Assembly: GCA_963695855.1 (NCBI GenBank)
Contig: CAVOHZ010000004.1
Coordinates: 70,877-134,876 of the forward strand
DNA length: 64,000 nucleotides
Direction: 5' to 3'
Origin: an uncultured Nitrososphaerales archaeon
GTDB taxonomy: Archaea; Thermoproteota; Nitrososphaeria; Nitrososphaerales; Nitrososphaeraceae
Numbering within the stretch: the first letter of the stretch is position 1; each line of letters starts with the position of its first letter. The translations under genes and the position numbers were made by a program. A model generated the notes under the pieces. The model was not told the DNA's origin. It saw only the letters and a list, made by a program, of their open reading frames with translations, and did no database searches. This document shows, one piece after another, positions 52,490-62,244 of this stretch.

Positions 52490-53008
52490 ATGATATCTAC
52501 AGATAACGAAGAATCTTTTGTTAAAATATCAAATTTGATAGGTGGTGAAGAATATCAGAGAGTAGCTAAAGCATTATTAAATACACAAGATGCCACAGAT
52601 GAAGAGATAGCTAGTGCAACTGGAATGAGAATTAATATCATTAGAAAGGTGTTGTATGACATGTTCGCAAAAGCTTTGATCACGGGTATTCGTGTTAAGG
52701 ATGAAAAAAAAGGATGGTTTGTATATAGATGGCGTGCTAAAAGCGATCAAGTTGATAATTTTATTGACAACCAGAAGAAAAAGATCTTAGAAAGATTACA
52801 AAAAAGATTAGAATACGAGGAGTCGTCAGAATTTTATCATTGTGGAAAAAATGAATGTCAAAGAATAAAATTTGATGTAGCAATAGAATCATTTTTTAAG
52901 TGTCCTACATGTAAGGATAATCTTGCTATGGTAGATAATAACTATACAAAAGAAGCATTAAGATATAAGATAGATCAGATTATGTCTGAAGTTTCTTTAG
53001 ATAGATAG
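52490..53008 (+). CDS. tfe: Transcription factor E, alpha subunit
   Basis: TDEEIA, RKVLY, GWFVYRW, zinc ribbon FKCPTC. Confidence 0.9.
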   Translation: MISTDNEESFVKISNLIGGEEYQRVAKALLNTQDATDEEIASATGMRINIIRKVLYDMFAKALITGIRVKDEKKGWFVYRWRAKSDQVDNFIDNQKKKILERLQKRLEYEESSEFYHCGKNECQRIKFDVAIESFFKCPTCKDNLAMVDNNYTKEALRYKIDQIMSEVSLDR

Positions 53009-53021
53009 AAACTAGTTTAAA

Positions 53022-53687
53022 TCATAATTTATAATGCAATACTATTTCTCCATTACGATATCTGATCACTCTCACAAGTTTTAGATTTATTCCTGCTGAG
53101 ATCTTTGGATATCCAGTACCCTCGACCAATGTTATTGCATTTTTTCCCCCTATAATTTTTGGAGATATTGTTAATATTAATTCGGTAACAAGTCCAGATG
53201 AAAGACATGACCAATTAAGTTCTCCTCCTCCTTCTACCAAAATTTTTTTATATCCCATTTTATATAAAACATCAAACAATTTTGGCAAATCTACTGATTT
53301 TGTACCTATGACAAATACCTTTGCACCAAAAGAATTGATTTTTTTTATTATATCAGCATGAGTTTTTTTTGTTACTATTATAAGAGTATCTATAAAAGAA
53401 GCACTTTTCAGAATTTTTGAATCTATTGGTATTTTACCAGTACTGTCGATGATAATTCGTGTAGGTAATTTTTTCTTTGAATTAGATAGTCTAATATTAA
53501 GCATTGGATCGTCCATTATCACAGTATTTATTCCTACCATAATTGCATCAACATTGGCACGTAATTTGTGTAAACGAACCAAGTCTTCTCGAGATGAAAT
53601 TTTCGAGTCACCTGTAAAAGAAGAGATTTTTCCATCTACAGTCATTGCTGAGTTAATTATTATTTGCAGGTCAGAATGTAATATCAT
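53022..53687 (-). CDS. arfC: 2,5-diamino-6-ribosylamino-4(3H)-pyrimidinone 5'-phosphate reductase
   Basis: AMTVDGKI, DAIMVGINTV..DDP, LVEGGG; stand-alone RibD-C/Rib7-type reductase. Confidence 0.9.
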   Translation of the reverse strand: MILHSDLQIIINSAMTVDGKISSFTGDSKISSREDLVRLHKLRANVDAIMVGINTVIMDDPMLNIRLSNSKKKLPTRIIIDSTGKIPIDSKILKSASFIDTLIIVTKKTHADIIKKINSFGAKVFVIGTKSVDLPKLFDVLYKMGYKKILVEGGGELNWSCLSSGLVTELILTISPKIIGGKNAITLVEGTGYPKISAGINLKLVRVIRYRNGEIVLHYKL

Positions 53688-54963
53688 TTACAAATCTTCC
53701 ATTTATCATTACTGACTTAATTGCGTCATAAGAAAGACGATGTATTATGGAAGAATAAACATTGTGAATTGGTTGTAGATCTAAATGAAATTTATCAATA
53801 AATAACAGATCAGCAAATTTTCCTTTATCTATTGATCCAGAATTTAACCTAAAAAGTTCTCCCGGATTGACTGTAATCATTTTTAATAATTCTTTCAATT
53901 TAACAGTAGTAGAATATCTTGGACTTGGTGATTTGAACACTTTCCACAAATAGTCTAACTCGCGTAAAAGATCAGGAGAATTAACCATAATATTATCAGT
54001 ACCAATAGCAATTTTGCATCCCAATTTTAACATCGACATCACATCAGGAATTCCATTTCCAAGAATACCATTAGATCTCGGACATAAAACTATACCAATC
54101 TTATTTTTTGATGCTAGCATAAGATCATTTAAACTTGCATGTGTCATGTGAACTAGTATATTAGGTTTCAGAAAGGTAATTATTCTCTCAACTTCAGTTT
54201 TTTTAGTATATTTGTTTGAGAAATCCAAAGTTTTTTTAGATTCAGCAGCATGAATGGCAATAATTTTTCTTTTCCTTAGGTATTGTTCCTGAAATTTTCC
54301 AATAGTTGATCGATATTGTATGAGAGCGGAATCTGTATTTTCGTTTGCTCCGCTTAATCCCAAGCCATCACTTAATTTCAATAGATCATGGATAGAAGAC
54401 AGAATCTTTGATGGTATACTTGGATTATAGAATTTATTGTCTTTTTGTCTTCCAAACATTTGTACCTCTTTTAAATCAAAGTAATATTCTATTCTTCCCA
54501 AGATTACCGATTTTATTGGCAGACCAGTTAAAGAGTCTAATAATAATTGAACGCCCTGTACACCGCCTTCTCTAAAATCTACAAATGTTACTATGCCTTT
54601 TTTTATCATGCTGATTGCGGAATTTCGAATGAAATATTTTATATGTGCTTGATCACTATATGTTAATATCTTTCTTTTAATTCCATAAACTGGATGAATT
54701 TGCTCTTCAAATTTAAAATCTATCGATATATCTTTTCCTATTGAATCTGCAATATGAGTATGGGCATTAATCAATCCAGGTATAACAAGTAATCCTTCTC
54801 CATCAAAAACCTGAGTAGCCTTATTTTCATCAGTACATGAATACTTATCAATTGATCCTACATCAAGAATAAATCCTTGATTATTAATATTTATAAATCC
54901 GTGATCAATAAACGTTAAATCTTTTCCATAAAGTAAGCTTATGTTTTTAATTAATATAGTCAT
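53671..54963 (-). CDS. Metal-dependent amidohydrolase (deaminase subtype) in the riboflavin operon
   Basis: PGLINAHTH, IHAAE, VHMTH, GTDN, GKFADL. Confidence 0.88.
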   Translation of the reverse strand: MTILIKNISLLYGKDLTFIDHGFININNQGFILDVGSIDKYSCTDENKATQVFDGEGLLVIPGLINAHTHIADSIGKDISIDFKFEEQIHPVYGIKRKILTYSDQAHIKYFIRNSAISMIKKGIVTFVDFREGGVQGVQLLLDSLTGLPIKSVILGRIEYYFDLKEVQMFGRQKDNKFYNPSIPSKILSSIHDLLKLSDGLGLSGANENTDSALIQYRSTIGKFQEQYLRKRKIIAIHAAESKKTLDFSNKYTKKTEVERIITFLKPNILVHMTHASLNDLMLASKNKIGIVLCPRSNGILGNGIPDVMSMLKLGCKIAIGTDNIMVNSPDLLRELDYLWKVFKSPSPRYSTTVKLKELLKMITVNPGELFRLNSGSIDKGKFADLLFIDKFHLDLQPIHNVYSSIIHRLSYDAIKSVMINGRFVNDITF

Positions 54964-55733
54964 AATGATTCATAGACATTCAGAATTTTACCTTCATTTC
55001 GTAATTTTCGTATAGTATCAAGTGATTTTGTTGCTTTTTTAGCAGCTTCTCTTGATGTTGTTCCAGATCCTATTCCACAATTCAAATTCACTGCGGATTC
55101 GTCGTATATAACATCAAGTAAATCACAAATTTCAGAATCCTTCAAGTCATCAGCAAGTACCATAAAATTGTCTCCTCCCAAAAAGAATGTTAACGATTTT
55201 TTTTTGAGAAATTTATCGATAAGCATTACATATATTTTCATCACTTGAGAAGTAACCTCATATGGCGATAATCTAGATTCTATTCTTGAGGAATTATTTA
55301 TATCAATATGAAGGATTTTGATACGATGATCACTATTGGTTTTCTCTGAGTTCAAATAATTATCAGAATTGCAATAAATTAAAAAAGGAGAATCAAGAAT
55401 TTTTTTTTCTTTTCTAGCTTTATAGGCTCCATTATTAGCATCTATTGGAGTGTTTCCTATCCCTATTGAAATTGACAAGTTCAGATCGGGATACATTTTA
55501 TAAATTTCTGAAATTATTTTCACATGGTCCTCGATTGATAAAGTATTGGAAACTACAAAATATTCATCAAATCGATTAAAGAATACTAAACAATTTTTTT
55601 TTGAAAATAATTTTTGTAGATCACCATATATTTGAGATTGAAGAATTTGCAATTGTGCTTCTCTATCACTTCCTAAGGTTAGAGTCCAAGTACCATATCC
55701 CTCAATTTTCAAGATGGATATTTGAATAGTCAT
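54960..55733 (-). CDS. gch3: GTP cyclohydrolase III
   Basis: YGTWTLTLGSDREAQLQ, RFDEY, FLGGDNF. Confidence 0.92.
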   Translation of the reverse strand: MTIQISILKIEGYGTWTLTLGSDREAQLQILQSQIYGDLQKLFSKKNCLVFFNRFDEYFVVSNTLSIEDHVKIISEIYKMYPDLNLSISIGIGNTPIDANNGAYKARKEKKILDSPFLIYCNSDNYLNSEKTNSDHRIKILHIDINNSSRIESRLSPYEVTSQVMKIYVMLIDKFLKKKSLTFFLGGDNFMVLADDLKDSEICDLLDVIYDESAVNLNCGIGSGTTSREAAKKATKSLDTIRKLRNEGKILNVYESL

Positions 55734-56191
55734 TTTATGATAATCGTTTCATTTTGTATGTTATCAATTTCATTGATTTTTTGTAATCTTGTCACCATAT
55801 TTACTGCAGCATTTACCGATCTTATTGGTACTATTTTTACTCTTTCCCTAGCTTGGTCCAGCGTCATATCAGGTCCAGAAATTCCAAGCAAAATCGGCTT
55901 TTTATATTTAAGTGATAAATCTGCTAAAAGTCTAGCAGTATTTTCTGCCACTATAATATCATGTTTAGTATCCCCCTTGATAACTGCTCCCAACGTAACT
56001 ATAGCATCAACATTAGGTTTCTTTAGTAAACTGCTGATCATTATTGGCATATCAAAAGTACCAGGAACATAACATATGTAGCTTATAATCGCTCCCAACT
56101 TTGATGCTTGAGATTTAGCTTCTTCTAACATGTTACTAGTAACATCATAATTAAATTCTGAAACTACTATTCCTATTCTGATAGGAAACAA
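55730..56191 (-). CDS. ribH: 6,7-dimethyl-8-ribityllumazine synthase
   Basis: IVVSEFN, VPGTFDMP, LGAVIKGDTKHD. Confidence 0.95.
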   Translation of the reverse strand: MFPIRIGIVVSEFNYDVTSNMLEEAKSQASKLGAIISYICYVPGTFDMPIMISSLLKKPNVDAIVTLGAVIKGDTKHDIIVAENTARLLADLSLKYKKPILLGISGPDMTLDQARERVKIVPIRSVNAAVNMVTRLQKINEIDNIQNETIIIK

Positions 56192-56199
56192 TTCTAAAA

Positions 56200-56901
56200 T
56201 TAAACCACCGAATATGTTTTTAATTGATTAGATTCTAGCAAGGGAATATTGGCCTTGGCCGCATAGATATTAGCTTCTTCAATTGATAACGATCCGTAAG
56301 TTTTAGAATCTAGCATCTCACAAATTGCAACAACAGGCGTAATTCCAGCAAGTTTTGCCAAGTATATTGCAAGCTCAGTGTGACCAAATCTTTCTTTTAA
56401 TAGACCTGATGCAGCAATTAGAAGATGAACATGACCTGGTGTCCTGAAATTATTAATAAATTCAGATATTCCACCATTATCGATATTTTTACAGGCTGAC
56501 GCGAGCATGGATATGGTCAACGCCCTATCGTGATCGGTTATTCCAGTGTATGTTTTACGATGATTGACAGAAATTGAAAATGAAGGTTTATCACCGTATG
56601 GTGCACGACCGTTTGTCATGGTGAGAAACAAATTATTTACACTAGGAGTATTATTGAAAATATCGTGTAAATACGATAAGCCTAATTTTTTAGATATCAA
56701 ACCGTCGATTGCTAAACATAGCAAACCGCCCGCATCATTTCTCATTGCTGCTACATGTTTTGGTGTGATGTTCTCACCAGCCACAATCATGTCTATCTCA
56801 TTTTCTCGATTTTTATCATCATGGACTAGAACAAACTTGCCTTGACGCAATGCGAGTATAGCTTTATCTATCGCTGACAAACAATAGATAAATAAAACCA
56901 T
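56200..56901 (-). CDS. ribB: 3,4-dihydroxy-2-butanone 4-phosphate synthase
   Basis: DDKNRENEID, TGITDHDRA, PGHV, RFGHTE, ICEML. Confidence 0.95.
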   Translation of the reverse strand: MVLFIYCLSAIDKAILALRQGKFVLVHDDKNRENEIDMIVAGENITPKHVAAMRNDAGGLLCLAIDGLISKKLGLSYLHDIFNNTPSVNNLFLTMTNGRAPYGDKPSFSISVNHRKTYTGITDHDRALTISMLASACKNIDNGGISEFINNFRTPGHVHLLIAASGLLKERFGHTELAIYLAKLAGITPVVAICEMLDSKTYGSLSIEEANIYAAKANIPLLESNQLKTYSVV

Positions 56902-56936
56902 ATTTATTATATAGTTTACTATGATTTTTGTTATTA

Positions 56937-57557
56937 CTAATTTTTTGGTAATAGTTTAGATATATATTTTCCAACAATATCAAATTCAATATTTACTGGA
57001 TCCCCTATCGACTTGATGCCCAAGGTAGTATTTTTTAAGGTGTGAGGGATCAATGAGATAGAAAACAGAAGACCAGTTACATCTACTACAGTTAAGCTTA
57101 TTCCGTCTATTGCTATAGAACCTTTTGAAACTATAAATCGCAGCATTTCTTTTTTTTCTTCTGGTATTTCGATAACAATTTTTGTTTCATTAGGAAGTAT
57201 TATTTTATCATGAATTATTCCTATGCAATCAACATGACCCTGAACAAAATGTCCATCAAAGCGACCAGAAGCTCGCATGCTTCTTTCAATGTTTGTTTTA
57301 TCACCTTTCTTTATTAAATTCAAACTAGTTCTCTTTACTGTTTCACCAACCAATTCAAATTCTGCAATACCATTATGAAGATTAGTAATTGTTAAACAGG
57401 TACCGTTTACGGATATACTTTGACCTATTTTTAGACCTTTACCTAGTCCTTTAAGATCTATTGTAAGTTTGATCTCTGGAGAAGATTTGGATATCTTGTT
57501 TTTTAAATATTTAATAGATTCTACGTCGCACAAAGATTCAATTATACCTGTAAACAT
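56937..57557 (-). CDS. ribE: Riboflavin synthase (bacterial-type alpha chain)
   Basis: N-terminal MFTGII (start 57557), SVNGTCLT, GHFVQGHVD, KGSIAIDGISLT. Confidence 0.93.
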   Translation of the reverse strand: MFTGIIESLCDVESIKYLKNKISKSSPEIKLTIDLKGLGKGLKIGQSISVNGTCLTITNLHNGIAEFELVGETVKRTSLNLIKKGDKTNIERSMRASGRFDGHFVQGHVDCIGIIHDKIILPNETKIVIEIPEEKKEMLRFIVSKGSIAIDGISLTVVDVTGLLFSISLIPHTLKNTTLGIKSIGDPVNIEFDIVGKYISKLLPKN

Positions 57558-57696
57558 TTTCAAAATATCATTTATCAACTATTAATAAAATTATATCGAT
57601 TTTAAAAAGCAAAGTTGATTAGAAAAATGAATATCTTTCTTTTATTAATTCATATCAAAGATATTTTAAATATTAATTGGTGATAATACATAGAAG

Positions 57697-58527
57697 TTGA
57701 CGATAATAATTAGAAAGGATTCTTATTTTTTAGACCTTCTGAAAAGGAACCTCAAAGAATATTACGATACTAGAAGAAGATTGGATAACATTATTCATAT
57801 ATCAGACATATTACCATCGAATTGTCTAAGAAAGCAATACTACACCAGAAAAATCCCCGAGAAAGATATCTTATCAGACGAATTAATCCAACATTTTATC
57901 CGAGGAGAATCTAGTGAATTTGTGATCTCAAAATTATCAAATATTGGTATAACACAAAATGAATTAAAAATTGAAGAATTGGTTGCACATCCAGATATAA
58001 TGAATGAAGAAATGATCATTGAGTTAAAGGATACAACAAGTCATAAACGCTTGGACATAAATGACAAGAAATTTAGGTCGTATTTAAGACAATTACTATA
58101 TTACCTGGTTATCTCGGAGTTAGAAAAAGGAATTATTTCTATCAGATATACGAACGATGAACTTAAGTTTATAAAAAGCGAGCTGGAAGGAGATTATTTT
58201 TTTAGACCTAATAAAGCAAAGAAACAGCAAATAGAAAGTTGGAGAGTTTTCTTGCCAAAGGATGACATAATAAGAGAGATATTAAAAAATGAGATGATCA
58301 GAAGGAAGAATTTATTACTAAAAGCAATTGTTGAAGATGACGTTTCAATATTACCAAGAATACCTGAATCAAAAAGAGGAAACATATGTACTAAATGTGA
58401 ATATTTTCACAAGTGTATGAATATAGATGATGAAACTAAAGAAGCGATAGATATGTCAAAAGAATTAGATGTATTTGATATCAAAGGAATAATAGATTTC
58501 AAACCTATTTTTGAAGATGGAAGTTAA
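57697..58527 (+). CDS. Cas4-like PD-(D/E)XK nuclease with a four-Cys Fe-S staple (solo)
   Basis: ISDI...CLRKQYY, HPDI....IIELK, QLLYY, CTKCEYFHKC. Confidence 0.75.
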   Translation: MTIIIRKDSYFLDLLKRNLKEYYDTRRRLDNIIHISDILPSNCLRKQYYTRKIPEKDILSDELIQHFIRGESSEFVISKLSNIGITQNELKIEELVAHPDIMNEEMIIELKDTTSHKRLDINDKKFRSYLRQLLYYLVISELEKGIISIRYTNDELKFIKSELEGDYFFRPNKAKKQQIESWRVFLPKDDIIREILKNEMIRRKNLLLKAIVEDDVSILPRIPESKRGNICTKCEYFHKCMNIDDETKEAIDMSKELDVFDIKGIIDFKPIFEDGS

Positions 58528-58682
58528 AATATATAAAAAATTAAGAAAAAGATAATTATTAACTACTTTAAAATAGAAAATTGTTTTCTATATTAGAAGA
58601 TTATTCACCTATAATACTTTGAGAATGGTTGAAAAAACAAGCAAGCTTATAATATCATATAACTCAAAATTAAGAATATCTT

Positions 58683-60155
58683 ATGGATAATGTTATAACC
58701 AAACGAGGAAATCATGTAGTTGAAAAAACTAGTGAATTTGTATATAGAATAAATGTCAACCAATCAAAAAAAATGAATGTTCCAGTTACAGTTTATGCTG
58801 ATGATAATCTATTATTAAAAATGACTGAAGATAGAACACTTGATCAGGCTGTGAATGTTTCAACTTTACCCGGAGTAAGAAAACATATAGTTGTATTGCC
58901 AGATGGTCATGAAGGATATGGATTCCCGGTAGGAGGTGTTGCCGCTACAGATTTAGAAGAAGGAGTGATCAGTCCTGGTGGAGTAGGATACGATATCAAT
59001 TGTGGCGTTAGATTGCTTAGATCCAATCTAAAAGTACATAATGTTAGAAACCAATTAAAGAATCTTGTCAATGAATTGTTTGGTGCCATACCTTCTGGAG
59101 TTGGAAGTGAAGGTACTATTAAACTCAATAAATCAGAATTAAACGACTTGCTAGTCGAAGGAGTTGATTGGGCCATTGAACATGGCTATGGATTAGAACA
59201 TGATGCAGAGGTATGTGAAGAGAACGGCAGAATGGTAGGCGCCGATCCTGAAAGTATTTCAGAGACAGCTAGGAAAAGGGGAGCTCCTCAATTAGGAAGC
59301 TTAGGTTCTGGAAACCATTTTCTTGAAATACAAGAAATTCAAGAAATTTTTGATGAGAAAGCTGCACAAGTAATGGGACTTGAGAAAGGACAATTAACAG
59401 TATTGATCCACTGTGGTTCAAGAGGATTTGGGCATCAAGTTTGTAGCGACTATCTCAGATATTCTGAACAAGCACTAAGGAAATATAAAATTGAACTGAT
59501 TGATCGAGAATTAGCATGTGTTCCAAATAACTCTCCAGAGGGAGAAAATTATAGAAAAGCGATGTACTGTGCTCTGAATTTTGCCTGGTCCAATAGACAA
59601 ATGATAACTCATTTTACAAGAAGAGTATTTGAAAAGATACTTTCAATGTCTGAAACAGAATTGGATTTGAAGTTGGTTTATGATGTGGCACATAATATAG
59701 CCAAGATAGAGAGACATAGAATAGATGGAGAAGGAATGAGAGAATTGGTTGTTCACAGAAAGGGTGCAACTAGGGCTTTTCCAGCAGGAATGGATCAAAT
59801 CCCTAGTAAGTATCGTGGTATTGGGCAACCAGTTATAATACCTGGATCTATGGGAACTGCGAGTTGGATATTATTAGGAAACGAAAAATCTCTTGATCTA
59901 AGTTTTGGATCTACTGCTCATGGTGCAGGAAGAACTATGTCAAGAAGCGCAGCAAAAAGAAATTTCACAGTAGATGATGTAAGAAGAGGGTTAGAATCTA
60001 AGGGAATATATATTAAATCATTAACAAAAAATGGAATAGTAGAAGAAACTCCTATGGCCTATAAAGATGTGGATTCTGTGGTTAATGTATCTGATTATCT
60101 AGGAATTGCAACTAAAGTAGCAAGACTAATACCAGTTGGAGTGATTAAGGGTTAA
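58683..60155 (+). CDS. rtcB: tRNA-splicing ligase RtcB
   Basis: LPDGHEGYGFPVGGV, DINCG, GNHF, HCGSRG, HRKGAT, STAHGAGR. Confidence 0.97.
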   Translation: MDNVITKRGNHVVEKTSEFVYRINVNQSKKMNVPVTVYADDNLLLKMTEDRTLDQAVNVSTLPGVRKHIVVLPDGHEGYGFPVGGVAATDLEEGVISPGGVGYDINCGVRLLRSNLKVHNVRNQLKNLVNELFGAIPSGVGSEGTIKLNKSELNDLLVEGVDWAIEHGYGLEHDAEVCEENGRMVGADPESISETARKRGAPQLGSLGSGNHFLEIQEIQEIFDEKAAQVMGLEKGQLTVLIHCGSRGFGHQVCSDYLRYSEQALRKYKIELIDRELACVPNNSPEGENYRKAMYCALNFAWSNRQMITHFTRRVFEKILSMSETELDLKLVYDVAHNIAKIERHRIDGEGMRELVVHRKGATRAFPAGMDQIPSKYRGIGQPVIIPGSMGTASWILLGNEKSLDLSFGSTAHGAGRTMSRSAAKRNFTVDDVRRGLESKGIYIKSLTKNGIVEETPMAYKDVDSVVNVSDYLGIATKVARLIPVGVIKG

Positions 60156-60156
60156 C

Positions 60157-60564
60157 ATGAACGAAGATCCTGATATAGCAATCCTAAAAGCAAAAAAAAT
60201 GAAAGAGATTATGGAACGGATGGTTAAGCAACAAAAAGAAAAGACGTTGAAAGAAATGAAGATTAAAAATATTTCCTTAGAAAAAGAAGCTATTTTATCA
60301 TATCTATATGATAGGGGGAATGAGGTTTTAGCTCTAGCTGAATTACAGTTTCCAGATCAAACGAGGATAATAATTAGTAGAATTTTAGAACTTATCAAAG
60401 AAGGCGAGATTACGAAAAAAATATCAGGCGGAGAACTCCTTTCTTTATTTCGTTCCTTCGGATTAAACATTAAAGTAAAAACTACCATAAAAATTGAAGA
60501 TCATGGAAAATATGTGTCATTTGCAGATAAACTAAAACAAGATAAAGAAAATGATAATGTGTAG
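60157..60564 (+). CDS. PDCD5-like double-stranded DNA-binding protein
   Basis: EDPDIAIL.AKKM, LYDRG.EVL, GEITKKIS; begins 1 bp after the rtcB stop. Confidence 0.7.
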   Translation: MNEDPDIAILKAKKMKEIMERMVKQQKEKTLKEMKIKNISLEKEAILSYLYDRGNEVLALAELQFPDQTRIIISRILELIKEGEITKKISGGELLSLFRSFGLNIKVKTTIKIEDHGKYVSFADKLKQDKENDNV

Positions 60565-60735
60565 AATTTAAACGCAAATTATTATATATATTAAGGATAT
60601 ATTTACGAGCAATAAATAAGATATTGACAGGACTATTGGTTATGATATTAAGATTATAGTATGAAAATAACACTTAATGATGTTTTGTTCAAAACAATAA
60701 ATATTATTGATATAAAATAAAAAATCGAAGAATTT

Positions 60736-61143
60736 TTAAACTCTTCTACCTCTTCTGCCGCCCGGTTTTCTAGTTGTATCATGTGGTACAGGAGTAACAT
60801 CATCAATTCTACCTATTCTGAATCCAGCTCTGGCCAAAGCTCTTATTGCAGCTTGCGCTCCAGGACCTGGTATTCTAGGACCGACACCACCCACTGCTCG
60901 AACACGAATATGTAGTGCATTTATTCCTTTACTTTTTGCAGCATCTGCCGCTGATACAGCCGATTTCATAGCTGCATAAGGAGAGGATTCATATCTATCT
61001 GCGGTAACATGTCTTCCTCCTGAGCTAAAAGAAATAGTTTCAGCACCACTGATATCTGTGATGTGAACTAATGTATTATTATAACTACTAAAAATATGAG
61101 CTACACCCCATTTATATTGAGTGATATCTTCGTTTTCAGACAT
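60736..61143 (-). CDS. rps11: 30S ribosomal protein S11
   Basis: [43 protein letters not shown]. Confidence 0.98.
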   Translation of the reverse strand: MSENEDITQYKWGVAHIFSSYNNTLVHITDISGAETISFSSGGRHVTADRYESSPYAAMKSAVSAADAAKSKGINALHIRVRAVGGVGPRIPGPGAQAAIRALARAGFRIGRIDDVTPVPHDTTRKPGGRRGRRV

Positions 61144-61188
61144 GATTGATATCTCACCAGATCAGGATATTAAAACTTTATCAATGTA

Positions 61189-62244
61189 TCAGCAAAAATG
61201 CATATAGCCTTGATTCTTTAATAAGTAATAATCCTTACCAAACATCTTTCTCTTTTTATTAGTTAAATCAATCGTCTTATCAGACTTTACAAATACTCTA
61301 CCTATCCCAGTCTTTACTTTACCAATTACAATCACTTTCAATTTAAATTTATTTGAAAGAGCAACAATTTTCTTGAAATTTGATGGTTTTATAGTAGCCA
61401 CTATTTCATATTCCTCTCCCCCATTGAAAATCAAATCATGGAGATTGAGAGAGTTAGTCTCAGAAAATTCTTTGAGCCCTTCTGGAAAAGGAAGAGAATC
61501 AATAAAAAAATCTGCTTTGCTCTGTGTAGCTAATTCATAAAGCGAAGTACTTAATCCATCACTAGAATCTATAGAAGATGAAAAATACTTTCCAAATACT
61601 TTACCAAACTTATGTCTTGGAGATGGATTTAATACACTTTCTATGGCTTTTTCTTTAAACTCACCTTTTGCCTTACAATTTTTTAGTAATATATTCAAAC
61701 CTGATGCGGAATAACCAAATTCTCCTGATACTACTACAACATCGTCATTAATTGCACCATTCCGTTTTGGCATATAATTAACTTTTGAACTCAAGAAACC
61801 TATTAAAACGCAATCAATTATTAGTTCCTTTGACTCATTTGTATCTCCTCCCAAAAAAGTAATATCAAATTCTTTTGATGCCCTCTGGAATCCCAAGATT
61901 AAATTATTAATTTTGTTTTTTGTCCAAGTGCGAGGTATTCCTAAAGATAATACTGAATAAAAAGGTGAAGATATACCTTTTGCTGACATATCACTCACAG
62001 AAGATACTACGCTTTTTCGAGCCATTTGCCATGGTGCCATCTGTTTTACCACATCAGTACTTTCCACCAGCATATCAGATTTAATGACCAGATTATTCGT
62101 AGTAAAATATTTACCATGGTTATCTTTTAGGCTTTGAAAATAGATAACGGAAACATCATCTCTTAAATTAAGATTTGATTTATTTTTTTTAATAAGTTTA
62201 GAAAAAAATAAATCAATAATTTGTTTTTCATTTAGTTTGATCAT
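61189..62244 (-). CDS. thiL: Thiamine-monophosphate kinase
   Basis: DMLVE, SDMSAKG, GGDT, DSSDGL, GGEEYEI. Confidence 0.92.
   Translation of the reverse strand: MIKLNEKQIIDLFFSKLIKKNKSNLNLRDDVSVIYFQSLKDNHGKYFTTNNLVIKSDMLVESTDVVKQMAPWQMARKSVVSSVSDMSAKGISSPFYSVLSLGIPRTWTKNKINNLILGFQRASKEFDITFLGGDTNESKELIIDCVLIGFLSSKVNYMPKRNGAINDDVVVVSGEFGYSASGLNILLKNCKAKGEFKEKAIESVLNPSPRHKFGKVFGKYFSSSIDSSDGLSTSLYELATQSKADFFIDSLPFPEGLKEFSETNSLNLHDLIFNGGEEYEIVATIKPSNFKKIVALSNKFKLKVIVIGKVKTGIGRVFVKSDKTIDLTNKKRKMFGKDYYLLKNQGYMHFC

Noticed and set aside
60736-61143. rps11 outside the usual S13-S4-S11-RpoD operon
   Set aside because: The observation is real, but split ribosomal operons are unremarkable in this lineage as far as I recall; not pursued.
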